Assembly: GCA_041690595.1 (NCBI GenBank)
Contig: JAWLHB010000023.1
Span: 1 to 64,000, forward strand
Length of the DNA: 64,000 nt
Source of the DNA: Lentisphaeria bacterium
Lineage (GTDB): Bacteria > Verrucomicrobiota > Lentisphaeria > JABSQK01 > JAWLHB01
Direction: 5' to 3'
Under the pieces are notes generated by a model. The model worked only from the letters and a program-made list of their open reading frames with translations. It searched no databases and was not told the DNA's origin. Below, piece after piece: positions 19,407-29,403 of the stretch. Position 1 is the stretch's first letter; each line of letters starts with the position of its first letter. The position numbers and the translations under genes are program-made.

Positions 19407-20272
19407 GTGTGTTGCTGTGAAGCGAACTGGCCGGGTGGCTGGCCGGCAATTTTACGGAAGACGCGCATGAAGTAGAAGGCGTTGTTGTAGCCGACCTGGT
19501 CGGCCGTCTCCTTGATGCTGGCCCCGGCGGAGAGCAGCTCCTTGGCGCGGGCAATGCGAACGGCGGTGAGGTATTCATTGGGGCTCTGCCCGCTGTAGGC
19601 TTTGAAAAGGCGGCGAAAATGGCCTTCGCTCAGCCCGAACTCCCGGGCCATGTCATCGACCCGCAAGTCAAGCGCATAGTGACGTTGCACGTAGCCAACC
19701 ACTCTTTCGCCGAGTTCATGCACGGCATGGGACTGCCTGCCGATCACCTGCGCTCTGTACAGCTCCCCTATCAGCGCCAGCACCAGCTGCATGCGGCTGA
19801 GCACACTGGCGCGATCCTCGCGCTGCATCAGCGCCTGCAGTTCAGCGTGGATACGGGCCACCGCCGGTGCGGCATGGCGCACGACCGGCACCCCACTCTC
19901 CACATAGCCAAGCTGCTCCAGCTGCTCCGCCTTCGGTCCGTTCCAGACCACCCAGCAGGTGCGCCAGGAAGGCTCCGGCCAATAGGCTGCCGGCGTGCGC
20001 GGCAGCAGAATCACCACATCCCCCTCGTGCAATCCGAATTCCCCGGTGCCCGGGGAGCGGTAGATCCCCTCACCGGAGGTGACCGCCACCGCTGCATACT
20101 GACCGAGAATTCGCAGCGGCGTCCCACGACTCCCCTCATTGCCCATCCCGACGCGATCCACCCACAGCCCAAGCTCACGCTCGATCACCAGCGGCGTACG
20201 AAACCGCGTTTCCCGATAGGCGCGCGGCTCCTGCATATTCGATTTGTGTATACCTTCGTCGTTTCCCTTCAT
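19400..20272 (-). CDS. AraC family transcriptional regulator
   Basis: GLSEGHFRRLFK and VGYNNAFYFMRVFRK double HTH. Confidence 0.93.
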   Translation of the reverse strand: MKGNDEGIHKSNMQEPRAYRETRFRTPLVIERELGLWVDRVGMGNEGSRGTPLRILGQYAAVAVTSGEGIYRSPGTGEFGLHEGDVVILLPRTPAAYWPEPSWRTCWVVWNGPKAEQLEQLGYVESGVPVVRHAAPAVARIHAELQALMQREDRASVLSRMQLVLALIGELYRAQVIGRQSHAVHELGERVVGYVQRHYALDLRVDDMAREFGLSEGHFRRLFKAYSGQSPNEYLTAVRIARAKELLSAGASIKETADQVGYNNAFYFMRVFRKIAGQPPGQFASQQHTH

Positions 20273-20371
20273 TGCTCACATCCATATTCAGGTTAGATTC
20301 TAAGCATAATCCGCGGCCATCCGGCAATCAAGCACAGTAACCGAATTATCCATAGCAGGGGGTATTGAATC

Positions 20372-21499
20372 GTGAATCCACGCCAACGTTTCCTCGAAAC
20401 CACGCTCTTCGGCAATCCGGACAAGATCCCGCTCGAACCGGGCGGTGGTCGCCAGTCGACTCGCGAGCGCTGGTACAGCGAGGGACTCCCCCGCGATGTT
20501 CAGAACATCTCCGAGTATGCCTATCGGCAGGTCGGCGGCAAAGCGGAATGGCCCGAGCATGGCCCCTCCTTTCACGTCAATGAACGGATGATTCCCCAGT
20601 TCGAGGAGAAGGTGATCGAACGGCGCGAAGGATCACTGGTCGTGCAGGACTGGAAAGGGAATATCTGCGAGATCAGCGACCAGTATGGGGTGGAGTATCT
20701 GCGCAATGCGATCGATTTCGTGACGCGGCGCTGGATCAAGTGCCCAGTGGAGTCGTGGAAGGACTGGGAGGAGATGAAGCGTCGCTATGACGGCGAGACG
20801 GTGGAGCGGCTGCCTGCCGACGCGGCAGCGTTGAAAGCGACGCTGGCGGAGCGCACCTGGCCGGTCACCTTCCACTTCTCCGGCCCCTTCTGGCAGCTTC
20901 GCGAGTGGCTTGGCTTCGAGCAGCTCTGCATGCTCTTCTACGATGATCCCAAGCTCGCGCAGGATATGCTCGACTTCTGGACGGAGTACGTCGCGCGTCT
21001 GCTCGAACGTGCCTTCGAGTATGTGATCCCGGATCAGGTGCACATCAGCGAGGACATGGCCTACAAGCAGTTCTCAATGGTTTCGCCCGACATGGCGCGC
21101 AAGTATCTCCTGCCCACGTGGCAGCGCTGGGGCGAGATCGTGCGGGCGGCCGGCGTGCCCATCTATGCGGTGGATTCAGATGGATTCATCGGCCAGCTGA
21201 TCCCCCTCTGGATCGAGGCGGGGGTCAACTGCTGCGATCCGATCGAAGTGGCGGCCGGCAACGACATCGTGGCCTTCCGCAAGGAGTTCGGCAAGGAGAT
21301 GGCCTTCCGTGGCGGCGTGGACAAGCGCGCCATGGCCAAGGGCGGACAGGTGCTCGAAGACGAGATGCAGCGCCTTCGCCCCGTGATCGAGAGCGGCGGC
21401 TTCATTCCGTCCTGCGACCACGGCGTCCCCGCGGATGTCTCCTGGCCCAACTTCCTTCAGTACGTCAAGCGGTTGGCGGAACTGACCGGCTGGCTGTAA
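20372..21499 (+). CDS. Uroporphyrinogen decarboxylase/MtaA-like (URO-D superfamily) protein
   Basis: MNPRQRF start, EDMAYK...SPDM, DSDG, GGVDKR, GGFIPSCDHGVP. Confidence 0.88.
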   Translation: MNPRQRFLETTLFGNPDKIPLEPGGGRQSTRERWYSEGLPRDVQNISEYAYRQVGGKAEWPEHGPSFHVNERMIPQFEEKVIERREGSLVVQDWKGNICEISDQYGVEYLRNAIDFVTRRWIKCPVESWKDWEEMKRRYDGETVERLPADAAALKATLAERTWPVTFHFSGPFWQLREWLGFEQLCMLFYDDPKLAQDMLDFWTEYVARLLERAFEYVIPDQVHISEDMAYKQFSMVSPDMARKYLLPTWQRWGEIVRAAGVPIYAVDSDGFIGQLIPLWIEAGVNCCDPIEVAAGNDIVAFRKEFGKEMAFRGGVDKRAMAKGGQVLEDEMQRLRPVIESGGFIPSCDHGVPADVSWPNFLQYVKRLAELTGWL

Positions 21500-21510
21500 G
21501 CGCGCCGATA

Positions 21511-21541
21511 CCGGCGCCGGTGGGTCAGCCCCCGGCGCCGG
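21511..21541. terminator. GC-rich hairpin between convergent genes
   Basis: CCGGCGCCGG...CCGGCGCCGG inverted repeat; no U-tract. Confidence 0.45.
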
Positions 21542-21551
21542 ATGTCGGACT

Positions 21552-23123
21552 TCACCAGCTATCGGTGCGGAATGGCGACGCCGGCAAGCCTTCGCGGTTG
21601 TAGAGGTTGCACCCTTCGGGATTCATGCTGAAGGCATAGCGCACCGCCACCGGTTCGGTCACCTCCGGGCTGGAGACCATCACCGTCTCGCCGTCGATGA
21701 CCGCTTCGGCCCAATGCCACTTCTGGTCAGCGCCGGCGATCGCGAACCAGTCAAGCTTGCCCGCCGTGTCTTCAACAGTCGGCGCCAGTCCCTCTTTCCT
21801 GCCGACCATCAGGCCGCTGCCAACATGGTCGAAGGTGAGACGGATAGCCCCGCCTTCCACGGCTTGCGATCTGTAGAGCGGTCCGGAACAGACCAGGTCG
21901 CTCTGGCCATACTCGTTGGCCAGCGCCCAGAGCGCCAGGCGATAGCCGACATCCTGCTTGTTGCGCGGATGGATGTCATGCGCCTCGCCGATGTCGATGA
22001 TGACGGCCATGCCGCTGTTGACGATATCGAGCGCCTTCACCTGCGCTTCGCGGAGCTTCGCCCAGCCATTGCCGCCGGCCGGCTCGCGCAGCGGCGCCTG
22101 GTAGTTGGCGAGCTGCACATAGTAGAAGGGGAACTCCCCCTGTTGCCAGAGCTGACGCCAGCCGTTGACCAGAGCATGCATCTTGTGATAGTACGAGAGA
22201 TGCTCGCCGCCGTTGGATTCCCCCTGGTACCAGATGGCACCGCGAATGACGAAAGGCACGAGAGGCGCGATCATGCCGTTGTAGAGGCGGGTAGGTTCAC
22301 CATGCTTCTGTTCAGGCACGGGCATCGCGGGAAGAGACGCGGGATACTCGCCGACGGCCACGGCCTGGCGTGCAGCTGCCAGCCACGCTTCATGTGCATC
22401 CAGGGCCTTGAGGAAAGCGGACTTGCCAACATCCGTGGCCGGATTGGTATTCTGCAGCCGCGCATGCACGTCGGCCAGCTCCGGGATGGCGGCAATGCCT
22501 TCCGGCGTACACCAGGGCTCGATGCGGGTACCGCCCCAGTTGGTTCCGATCAGACCGATCGGCACGCCAAGCTCCTGATGCAGATGGCGAGCAAAGAAAT
22601 AGCCGACAGCGGTGAAGTTTCCCACGGTGGCCGGCGAGCAGAGCTGCCACTGAACCGTAACATCCTCCAGAGCCTTGTCGACGGCGGCCCGGGGCACCTT
22701 GACATGACGGATCAGCGGAAATTCCGCCCCTCCCCGGACCTCGGCAGAGTTCGTCACACCATTGACACTCCACTCCATGTTCGACTGCCCGGAGCAGATC
22801 CAGACGTCGCCGACTACCACATTTTCAATCGTCACGCCGGCATCTTCCGCGCCCTTCACGACAAGGGCCAAGGGCTCGGCCGTGGCGGGACGCGGCTTCA
22901 GCACCACGCGCCAGGTGCCGTCAGCGCCGGCGGTGGCGGCCACCGTCTCCTGGCCCAGTGTCACGGTGATGGCCTCGCCAGGCTCTGCCCATCCCCAGAC
23001 CGGCAGATCCTTGTCACGCTGAAGGACCATGCCATTCGAGAAGATACCGGCCATGCGTGGCGCGGCCATGGTCCACGGCCCCACCAGAATTGCAACCACC
23101 AGGATCCACATGCGATTCATCAT
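21552..23123 (-). CDS. Sialate O-acetylesterase (SASA/SGNH) family, secreted
   Basis: Signal peptide, GDVWICSGQSNME, WYQGESN, DIHPRNK, GLPASPFRTD. Confidence 0.93.
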   Translation of the reverse strand: MMNRMWILVVAILVGPWTMAAPRMAGIFSNGMVLQRDKDLPVWGWAEPGEAITVTLGQETVAATAGADGTWRVVLKPRPATAEPLALVVKGAEDAGVTIENVVVGDVWICSGQSNMEWSVNGVTNSAEVRGGAEFPLIRHVKVPRAAVDKALEDVTVQWQLCSPATVGNFTAVGYFFARHLHQELGVPIGLIGTNWGGTRIEPWCTPEGIAAIPELADVHARLQNTNPATDVGKSAFLKALDAHEAWLAAARQAVAVGEYPASLPAMPVPEQKHGEPTRLYNGMIAPLVPFVIRGAIWYQGESNGGEHLSYYHKMHALVNGWRQLWQQGEFPFYYVQLANYQAPLREPAGGNGWAKLREAQVKALDIVNSGMAVIIDIGEAHDIHPRNKQDVGYRLALWALANEYGQSDLVCSGPLYRSQAVEGGAIRLTFDHVGSGLMVGRKEGLAPTVEDTAGKLDWFAIAGADQKWHWAEAVIDGETVMVSSPEVTEPVAVRYAFSMNPEGCNLYNREGLPASPFRTDSW

Positions 23124-23296
23124 TTCGTCCCTCCACTCAAATGGTTTGCGGTATCTCAAACAGATACCATTCAATGTGCCGACACTGTCGCTCCCGTGCA
23201 ACTCGCATCCGCAAGGATTGCCGCCTGATCTGGCAAAGCCCCTTCAGGATGCGCTACATTGCTTACGATGCCAACCATTCCGCAAGGAGCGAAAAG

Positions 23297-24139
23297 ATGC
23301 TCGACTTCACTCTCGATAGAATTCACGCGATACTTTACCTGCGGCCCATTGGCTCTCTGCGCAAGGAGGATTTCGACAACCTCTCGAATGCAGTCGATCC
23401 GTGGATCGACCACGCGGGCGGCCTCAAGGGCATCATCGTCATCACCGCTGATGCCCCCAACTGGAAGGATTTCGCCGCTCTGTCACGCCATCTGCGCTTC
23501 GTGAAGAACCACCATGCAAAGATCGCGAAGGTCGCCATTGTCACCGACTCTGCTTTCGGCAATTTTGCGGATACCGTCGCGACTCCGTTCGTTGCGGCGG
23601 AGGTCCGCCATTTCAAGGCGAATGAGGTGGCGCAGGCGCGAAATTGGGTCGGTCCAAGTGGCCCGATCATGCTGCAGCCCTCGGATGGGGATTCGTTCGA
23701 TTTCGGTGGCCTGGGGGTGCACTGGAAGATCGAGGGCACCGAATCGGGCGGCAGATGCTCCGTGGTGCACCATCCCATTGCGCCCCGGGCATTGGCCGCG
23801 CCCGTTCACTACCATCACCGCGAGGACGAATACTCCTACGTCCTCAAGGGAACGCTCGGCGCATTGCTGGGCGAGGATGTGGTGACGGCCGGTCCGGGCA
23901 GCTGGGTCTCCAAGCCTCGCCATCAGTGGCACACCTTCTGGAATGCAGGGGACGCCCCATGCGAGATCATCGAGTTGATCTCACCCGGTGGCTTCGAAAA
24001 CTATTTCCGGGAAGTCGCCGCTGCCTGGGGTGACCTGGAAAAGATGGTCGAGATCAATCGCAGGTACGAACTGGAGATGGACTTCGAGAGCATCCCGCGG
24101 CTCTGCGAGCGCTTCGGCCTCACCTTTCCCCAGCTTTAA
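23297..24139 (+). CDS. STAS/SEC14 (SpoIIAA-like) plus cupin fusion protein
   Basis: N-half HLRFVKNHHAKIAKVAIVTD; C-half cupin PVHYHHREDEYSYVLKG...HTFWN; AAGGAG RBS. Confidence 0.85.
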   Translation: MLDFTLDRIHAILYLRPIGSLRKEDFDNLSNAVDPWIDHAGGLKGIIVITADAPNWKDFAALSRHLRFVKNHHAKIAKVAIVTDSAFGNFADTVATPFVAAEVRHFKANEVAQARNWVGPSGPIMLQPSDGDSFDFGGLGVHWKIEGTESGGRCSVVHHPIAPRALAAPVHYHHREDEYSYVLKGTLGALLGEDVVTAGPGSWVSKPRHQWHTFWNAGDAPCEIIELISPGGFENYFREVAAAWGDLEKMVEINRRYELEMDFESIPRLCERFGLTFPQL

Positions 24140-25415
24140 CCTGTTCGGCGGGGATGCGCAGCAGCGTGTAGGGATGGAGGGCGAGGACGTAGACATCGCC
24201 GGAAGTACTTTCACAGACGCCCTGAAGCACGTGCTGGGGGATCGTCTCGCCGGATTCCAGCTGGGGGAAGCCGCCGTGGAAGGGCAAGGGCTTCCCCGCC
24301 TCGTCAACGAAGGTGGTGAAGTCGGGATTGGCGACCGTGATCACGTCAAGGTCGACGGGCTTTGCGTCCCGTGCGGGATCAAATCGTACGAGGTGCGGCC
24401 GGCGATTCGGCTTGCCGTCCACACGCACGGTGACGGCTGCCCACACGATGCCGTCGGGGCCGACACTCATGGCGCGACAGTCGGTTCCGGTGCGGCCGCC
24501 CAGCAATGGCCCGACGGTGCGGCCCGGGAGATTCGTCCCTTCAGCCGTGAGGTCGTAGGCGTACAAGGCGTTGCCGCTCATGGCGACCGCGTACAGGGTA
24601 CGGCGATCGGGAGAGACTTCCCAGTTGATGGGATGGCTGTTTTCGTCGGCCAGGTGAGATTCGGGTGACGGCGGCTGACCGTCGATCGTCTGCGTCAGCC
24701 GTTCGAGGCTCTTCGTTTCGGGGACGTAGCGGGCAATCCCGCCGCCACGTAGGGGATGATAGGCGCGACCGAGATGATCGATCACGATAAAGGCATAGAC
24801 ATGCTCGGCATCGAGCAGGTCGGTGTACTGCTCTGTCTTCAGGTCGAGCACCATGAAGTGGGTGCTCTCGATGGGGCGGGCATCCGAGCAGGTGGAGAGA
24901 TAGGCGAGGCCGCGGGACTCGTCGGGGGCAATGCTGATAATCCCCTGGTGAGGAATGGGTATGGGGTAGACGTGAACCTCCCCGGTGGCGGGATCGTAGG
25001 TCATCGGGTAGCCGCCGGGATAGGCGATGCGCTTCTCGTCCTTGGCGGGATAGCCCTGCTTCGTCGCGAAGTAGATCCTGCCGCTGGAGCCGACATTGTT
25101 CCGGGTGTGGATCTTTGCCTGCGCGCCGAAGCCGGTGACAGTGGTGCCTATCGCCTGATGCGCATCGACAACGATCCGCATCTCTCCAGCCGCGGGGTCA
25201 AATTCGACCAGCCATGAGTTGACGGCGTTGGCGTGCGTACCGATGTAGAGACGGCCATTCCTGCCCTCGACGATCGAGAAGTAGCCCTCGCCATCCGGAG
25301 CGGTCTCCCTGGGGATGAGGTGAGCGTCGGCCGTCAACGAGCGTTCTTGAGCCGTCGCGGCGAAGCAGGTGAGTGCGAGTACAGCGATCAGTGCATGCCG
25401 GATTACTCTGTGCAT
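24120..25415 (-). CDS. Secreted beta-propeller-like hypothetical protein
   Basis: Signal peptide; repeated GRLYIG/GRIYFA/GLAYLS/GIVWAA blade-like segments. Confidence 0.75.
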   Translation of the reverse strand: MHRVIRHALIAVLALTCFAATAQERSLTADAHLIPRETAPDGEGYFSIVEGRNGRLYIGTHANAVNSWLVEFDPAAGEMRIVVDAHQAIGTTVTGFGAQAKIHTRNNVGSSGRIYFATKQGYPAKDEKRIAYPGGYPMTYDPATGEVHVYPIPIPHQGIISIAPDESRGLAYLSTCSDARPIESTHFMVLDLKTEQYTDLLDAEHVYAFIVIDHLGRAYHPLRGGGIARYVPETKSLERLTQTIDGQPPSPESHLADENSHPINWEVSPDRRTLYAVAMSGNALYAYDLTAEGTNLPGRTVGPLLGGRTGTDCRAMSVGPDGIVWAAVTVRVDGKPNRRPHLVRFDPARDAKPVDLDVITVANPDFTTFVDEAGKPLPFHGGFPQLESGETIPQHVLQGVCESTSGDVYVLALHPYTLLRIPAEQVKAGER

Positions 25416-25548
25416 CAGCGGTGAATCTCCCAGGATAAGGTGTCAGCCACAGGTGTCACTCTATCGCAATCCCCTGAATGGTGCAAGCAACCTCCCCCGG
25501 CAACATGCGTCACCGGGGGCGGAAGAGCTGTTGGCTTCTCCGGAACGC

Positions 25549-26364
25549 CTACTTGGCCGCGGCGCCTTCCAGGGCGACGGTGTCGGGGTCAAGGGCGCCC
25601 TTGCCGAAGACAATGGGGTAAGTGTGGTCGGTCTTGATCACCTTGGTGTCCGCGGGCATGTAGCAGACACTGAAGGCGCGACGCGATTGATTGCTGTTGT
25701 TCTTGTCGGAAGAATGCAGCAGCCAATTGTGCAGGAGGATCACTTCGCCCGCTTCGGCTTCGAGAAAGACGGCCTTCTCGGGGGGGCAGAGCTGCTCCGC
25801 CTGGTCGTCGCGGAGAAAGCCGCTGCCATGCTCCGGATTATAGAGCTGATGATGGGAACCGGGGATGATCTGAACGCAGCCGTTCTTTCTGGTCGCGGGA
25901 TCGAGGGCGGTCCAGACGGTGATCAGCGGATCCTTGTCGAGGTGCTGCCAACGATCCTGATGCCACGGCAGGAAGGTGCCCTTGTTGGCCGGTTTGTTCA
26001 TGAACATCGCGCGGAAGGAGGAGATAGCTGTCTCCAGACCATGGACGCGCGCGCAGATGTCGCAAAAGATGGCGCGCTGCATGTAGCGCAGGAAGATGGG
26101 GTCGTGCTCCAGTTCCTGGATCTTGCGGTAGTTGAGGGTCGCCCCCTTATGACCGAAGGATTGGGGGCCGGCGTTGTTATAGGCGCCGTCGGAGCTGTCG
26201 AGCTGCATCATCAGCTTCTCATAGTTGATGGGGGCGGTGCCCATCATGATGTCGTCAATGCGCTGCTGCAGTTCCTTCAAGTCGGCGGCGGATAGCAGCT
26301 TGCCGAGACTCAGGTAGCCTTGCTCCTGATAAATCTGCCACTGCTGGTCGGTAAGCATGTCCAT
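25549..26364 (-). CDS. PhyH family dioxygenase
   Basis: YQEQGY, PWHQD, WTALD..T..NGC, LLHSS..N.SNQSRRA. Confidence 0.9.
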   Translation of the reverse strand: MDMLTDQQWQIYQEQGYLSLGKLLSAADLKELQQRIDDIMMGTAPINYEKLMMQLDSSDGAYNNAGPQSFGHKGATLNYRKIQELEHDPIFLRYMQRAIFCDICARVHGLETAISSFRAMFMNKPANKGTFLPWHQDRWQHLDKDPLITVWTALDPATRKNGCVQIIPGSHHQLYNPEHGSGFLRDDQAEQLCPPEKAVFLEAEAGEVILLHNWLLHSSDKNNSNQSRRAFSVCYMPADTKVIKTDHTYPIVFGKGALDPDTVALEGAAAK

Positions 26365-26477
26365 GATACATTCTCCATGATAGGGGTATTGCGAACGGCT
26401 TGGAATCATTCTAAGCTAATAGACAAAGAGAAAGTCTTCCACTGGCGAAACCATTCATTCCTTGCACTTTTCGAAAG

Positions 26478-27338
26478 ATGAGCCGATCAAGTCGCCTGTC
26501 CGTAGAGTACAATCCGACCCTTGCGGAGCCCGCGTTGCGGTTGCTGAGGGACTACGATATCACGATGCTCTCAGCCACCTGGTGGTGGGAGGATGGCAGT
26601 TGGCATGTCCCTCGGCGTCAGCTCAACGATGTGATGCTGCTGGCCCCGGTTCTGGGAAGCATCGAGGTGATCCTGCCCGACCGAACAGTCCAGGTGCCGG
26701 CCGGCAGCGTCTTGCTGGCGCCGGAAGGGCTGACGCATGAGCTGCGGTGTTCGGCAGGGTGCGATGCCCTGGAGCAGGTCAGCATCCATTGCCACATCAC
26801 GGCCACATGGCGCCCTCCCCTGCTGCCCCTCTTTCTCTCTCCGGTGCAGCCATTGGCGCATGCGACTGCCTGGCACGAGCGGCTGCGTCGGCTGGTGGTG
26901 CTGATGAACGACCAGCCGCTTGGCCAGCATTACGGCCAGTTGCTGATCAAGGAGCTGCTGGTGGAGTGGATACTCGCGGGGGTGGAGCTGGTGCCGCCGC
27001 GGGAACAGGTGGATCCGCGGATCGTACGTGCCCTGAAACGGATCCATGCCGACTATGCGGACGATCTGACGGTGACGGAGCTGGCCCGGGAAGCGCACCT
27101 GAGTTCGGTGCAGTTTCGCAAGCTCTTCCAGCGTCACCTGCATCAGCCGCCGAAGCAGTACATCCTGAGCCATCGACTGAAACTCGCCGCACAGCTCCTG
27201 CGCACGGGCGGCCTTACAGTGCAGCAGATCGCTTTCGCGACCGGCTTCAACAGTGAGGCTTACTTTCACCGCTGCTTCCATCGCACGCACGCCTGTACCC
27301 CCCTGGATTACCGCACTGGCCGCGGCCGCACGCTCTGA
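26478..27338 (+). CDS. AraC family transcriptional regulator
   Basis: HLSSVQFRKLF and GFNSEAYFHRCF; divergent from PhyH. Confidence 0.92.
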   Translation: MSRSSRLSVEYNPTLAEPALRLLRDYDITMLSATWWWEDGSWHVPRRQLNDVMLLAPVLGSIEVILPDRTVQVPAGSVLLAPEGLTHELRCSAGCDALEQVSIHCHITATWRPPLLPLFLSPVQPLAHATAWHERLRRLVVLMNDQPLGQHYGQLLIKELLVEWILAGVELVPPREQVDPRIVRALKRIHADYADDLTVTELAREAHLSSVQFRKLFQRHLHQPPKQYILSHRLKLAAQLLRTGGLTVQQIAFATGFNSEAYFHRCFHRTHACTPLDYRTGRGRTL

Positions 27339-27387
27339 CTCCGCCGCGCCTCCCTTGCAGAACGGGTAATGCCACCTACCTTTCTTC

Positions 27388-28152
27388 ATGCCGAAACTAC
27401 GTGCCGATCTCTTGCTTGTGGAACAGGGGCTGGCGGAGAGCCGCGGTCAGGCCCAGAAGCTCATCATGGCCGGGCTGGTGCGCGCCACCGCCGATCATGT
27501 CGTGCAGCGTTCCAGCGATACCTTCGAGTCCGGAACCCTGCTCTCCGTCGACCAGCCGCTCCAGTACGTGAGCCGCGGGGCGGAGAAGCTGCTGCCGGCG
27601 CTGGAGCGTCACCTTCCGGATCTGACGGGGCTGATCGGGCTGGATATCGGGGCCTCCACCGGTGGTTTCACCGATCTCATGCTGCAGCGCGGCGCCGTCA
27701 AGGTGTATGCGGTGGATGCCGGCCATGGGCAGCTTCACTGGAAGCTGCGGCAGGATCCGCGGGTGATCAACCTGGAGAATACCAACGCGCGGTACCTTTC
27801 GACGACGGAAGTGCCGGAGCCCGCGCAGGTGCTGACGATGGATGTCTCCTTCATCTCGGTGACAAAGGTGCTGCCCGCGGCGGCGGCCTTGCTCGCTTCC
27901 GGCGCCTGGGCCTTCGTGCTGGTCAAGCCACAGTTCGAGGCGGAGCGCCATGAGATCGCCAAGGGCGGCGTGGTTCGTGACGATACCGTACGCGAGCGGG
28001 TGGCGGCGGAGGTATCAGCCTTTGTGAGGGAGACGCTTGGGTGGCAACACCTCGACACGATGCCCTCCCCCATTGCCGGCCCGAAAGGCAACCGCGAGAT
28101 CGTCATTGTCTGCCGCCATGGAGCCTCTCCGGGAGGGGCGGAAATTCGCTGA
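27388..28152 (+). CDS. tlyA: TlyA family rRNA 2'-O-methyltransferase
   Basis: S4-like N-terminus, YVSRGAEKL, LDIGASTGGFTD, DVSFIS, LVKPQFE, GPKGNRE. Confidence 0.95.
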   Translation: MPKLRADLLLVEQGLAESRGQAQKLIMAGLVRATADHVVQRSSDTFESGTLLSVDQPLQYVSRGAEKLLPALERHLPDLTGLIGLDIGASTGGFTDLMLQRGAVKVYAVDAGHGQLHWKLRQDPRVINLENTNARYLSTTEVPEPAQVLTMDVSFISVTKVLPAAAALLASGAWAFVLVKPQFEAERHEIAKGGVVRDDTVRERVAAEVSAFVRETLGWQHLDTMPSPIAGPKGNREIVIVCRHGASPGGAEIR

Positions 28153-28229
28153 ATGCGGTAGATAATGGAGCGATTTGCGCCATTGTATGCGCGAACTTGT
28201 TTCATTGAGCAGATAACGCGGGAGGCACC

Positions 28230-29084
28230 ATGACGAAGCAGCTTTTTCTCGATCTCGATTTTACTCCGCCGGAAGTGCTGGAAGACGAAATCAACCAGAA
28301 GAACGAGCTGAAGCTGGTCGACATGCGAAGCGCCGTTATTGGCTGGCTCTGCCGACAGGAGGCCGCCGGCATCGCGCCGAAGACCGCGACGCGGCTGCGC
28401 AGCTTCATGGCGGATGTGGCCGCCTTCTGGAATCGCGCCCGCCAGTTCAAGGATCTGCCCGGCAACAATCGTCTCCACGTCCCCTGCCACACGATGATCG
28501 TGGAATGCCGGCGTCGACGTCAGGATTGCTGGCCGGATTTTGCCAACTCGCGCGAGCTGTTGCCCCGTCTGCGGGAACTGAAGAACCGCCGCGTTCTGCT
28601 CGAAAGCGAGATACGTGCCGACGAGCCCGAACTGCGCGAGACGGCCACCCTTTTTGACGAGTTCAGCGAGTGGAACTACAGCCAGAGCGCGAATGAAGAG
28701 TATCACCGGGTGACTCGCGAGATCGAGAAGCTCATCCACGCCCTCTACAAGGGCACCCGCTTCGAAGCCATCCGCAGCGCCCACCTGGCGGACTTTCTCT
28801 ATCTGGCCGTCCCCGAAAAAACGGTCCATCCCAATGAGCTGGCGGATGGTTGGGGGCTGCTCTGGATCGACCAGCAGCAGCAGGTGCGCCTCATAAGTCA
28901 GGCCGAGAATCAGCAGTGTCCCCCGGAGAACCGCTTTCACCTCGTTCAGAACATCGCCAGCGCCACCGTCGACGATGTCCTTTTCCGCAATGGCATCGAA
29001 GTCAAGGACGGCAACGTCGCCTTCCGTCGCCGTCCCAGTCGCCGCCGTTCCGACGCCAAGAAGAAGCCGCGCAAAAAAGGCTGA
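28230..29084 (+). CDS. Hypothetical protein with PD-(D/E)XK/MmcB-like fold and coiled-coil insertion
   Basis: GGAGG RBS; ADVAA...IVECR...ADFLYLAVP...GWGLLWI pattern. Confidence 0.6.
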   Translation: MTKQLFLDLDFTPPEVLEDEINQKNELKLVDMRSAVIGWLCRQEAAGIAPKTATRLRSFMADVAAFWNRARQFKDLPGNNRLHVPCHTMIVECRRRRQDCWPDFANSRELLPRLRELKNRRVLLESEIRADEPELRETATLFDEFSEWNYSQSANEEYHRVTREIEKLIHALYKGTRFEAIRSAHLADFLYLAVPEKTVHPNELADGWGLLWIDQQQQVRLISQAENQQCPPENRFHLVQNIASATVDDVLFRNGIEVKDGNVAFRRRPSRRRSDAKKKPRKKG

Positions 29085-29102
29085 AAAAGTTGAGATGTCC
29101 AG

Positions 29103-29130
29103 TTGAAAAGCGGCATCGCGGCCGTACCTT
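29103..29130 (+). promoter_or_regulatory. Sigma70-like promoter of tRNA-Val
   Basis: TTGAAA-16 bp-TACCTT, 21 bp upstream of the tRNA. Confidence 0.55.
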
Positions 29131-29151
29131 ATCCGCAGTTGCAGCCCTTAC

Positions 29152-29228
29152 GGGCGATTAGCTCAGTTGGCTAGAGCGCCTGCTCGACACGCAGGAGGTC
29201 ACTGGTTCAAGTCCAGTATCGCCCACCA
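29152..29228 (+). tRNA. tRNA-Val(GAC)
   Basis: GGGCGAT/ATCGCCC acceptor stem, CCTGC-TC-GAC-AC-GCAGG anticodon arm, GGTTCAAGTCC T arm, encoded CCA; 77 nt. Confidence 0.97.
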
Positions 29229-29403
29229 TTCTTCTCTCGCTGCTCTTAACGCTGTCGCACCCACCGCAATCAGCCCCAGAATCCGCCTCTGGTACCACCA
29301 GATTGAGCGTCATCGGGCGACACCTTGGCGTTGTCATAGTGTTGACTGTAGGCCTGACCCCACTGGCTTCCCGCTACCGCGCTCCCTGTTCGCCAGAGCA
29401 CGA

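Noticed and set aside
20372..21499. hemE gene symbol for the UroD-like proteins
   Set aside because: HemE N-terminal RQAGR motif is absent and there is no heme pathway context.
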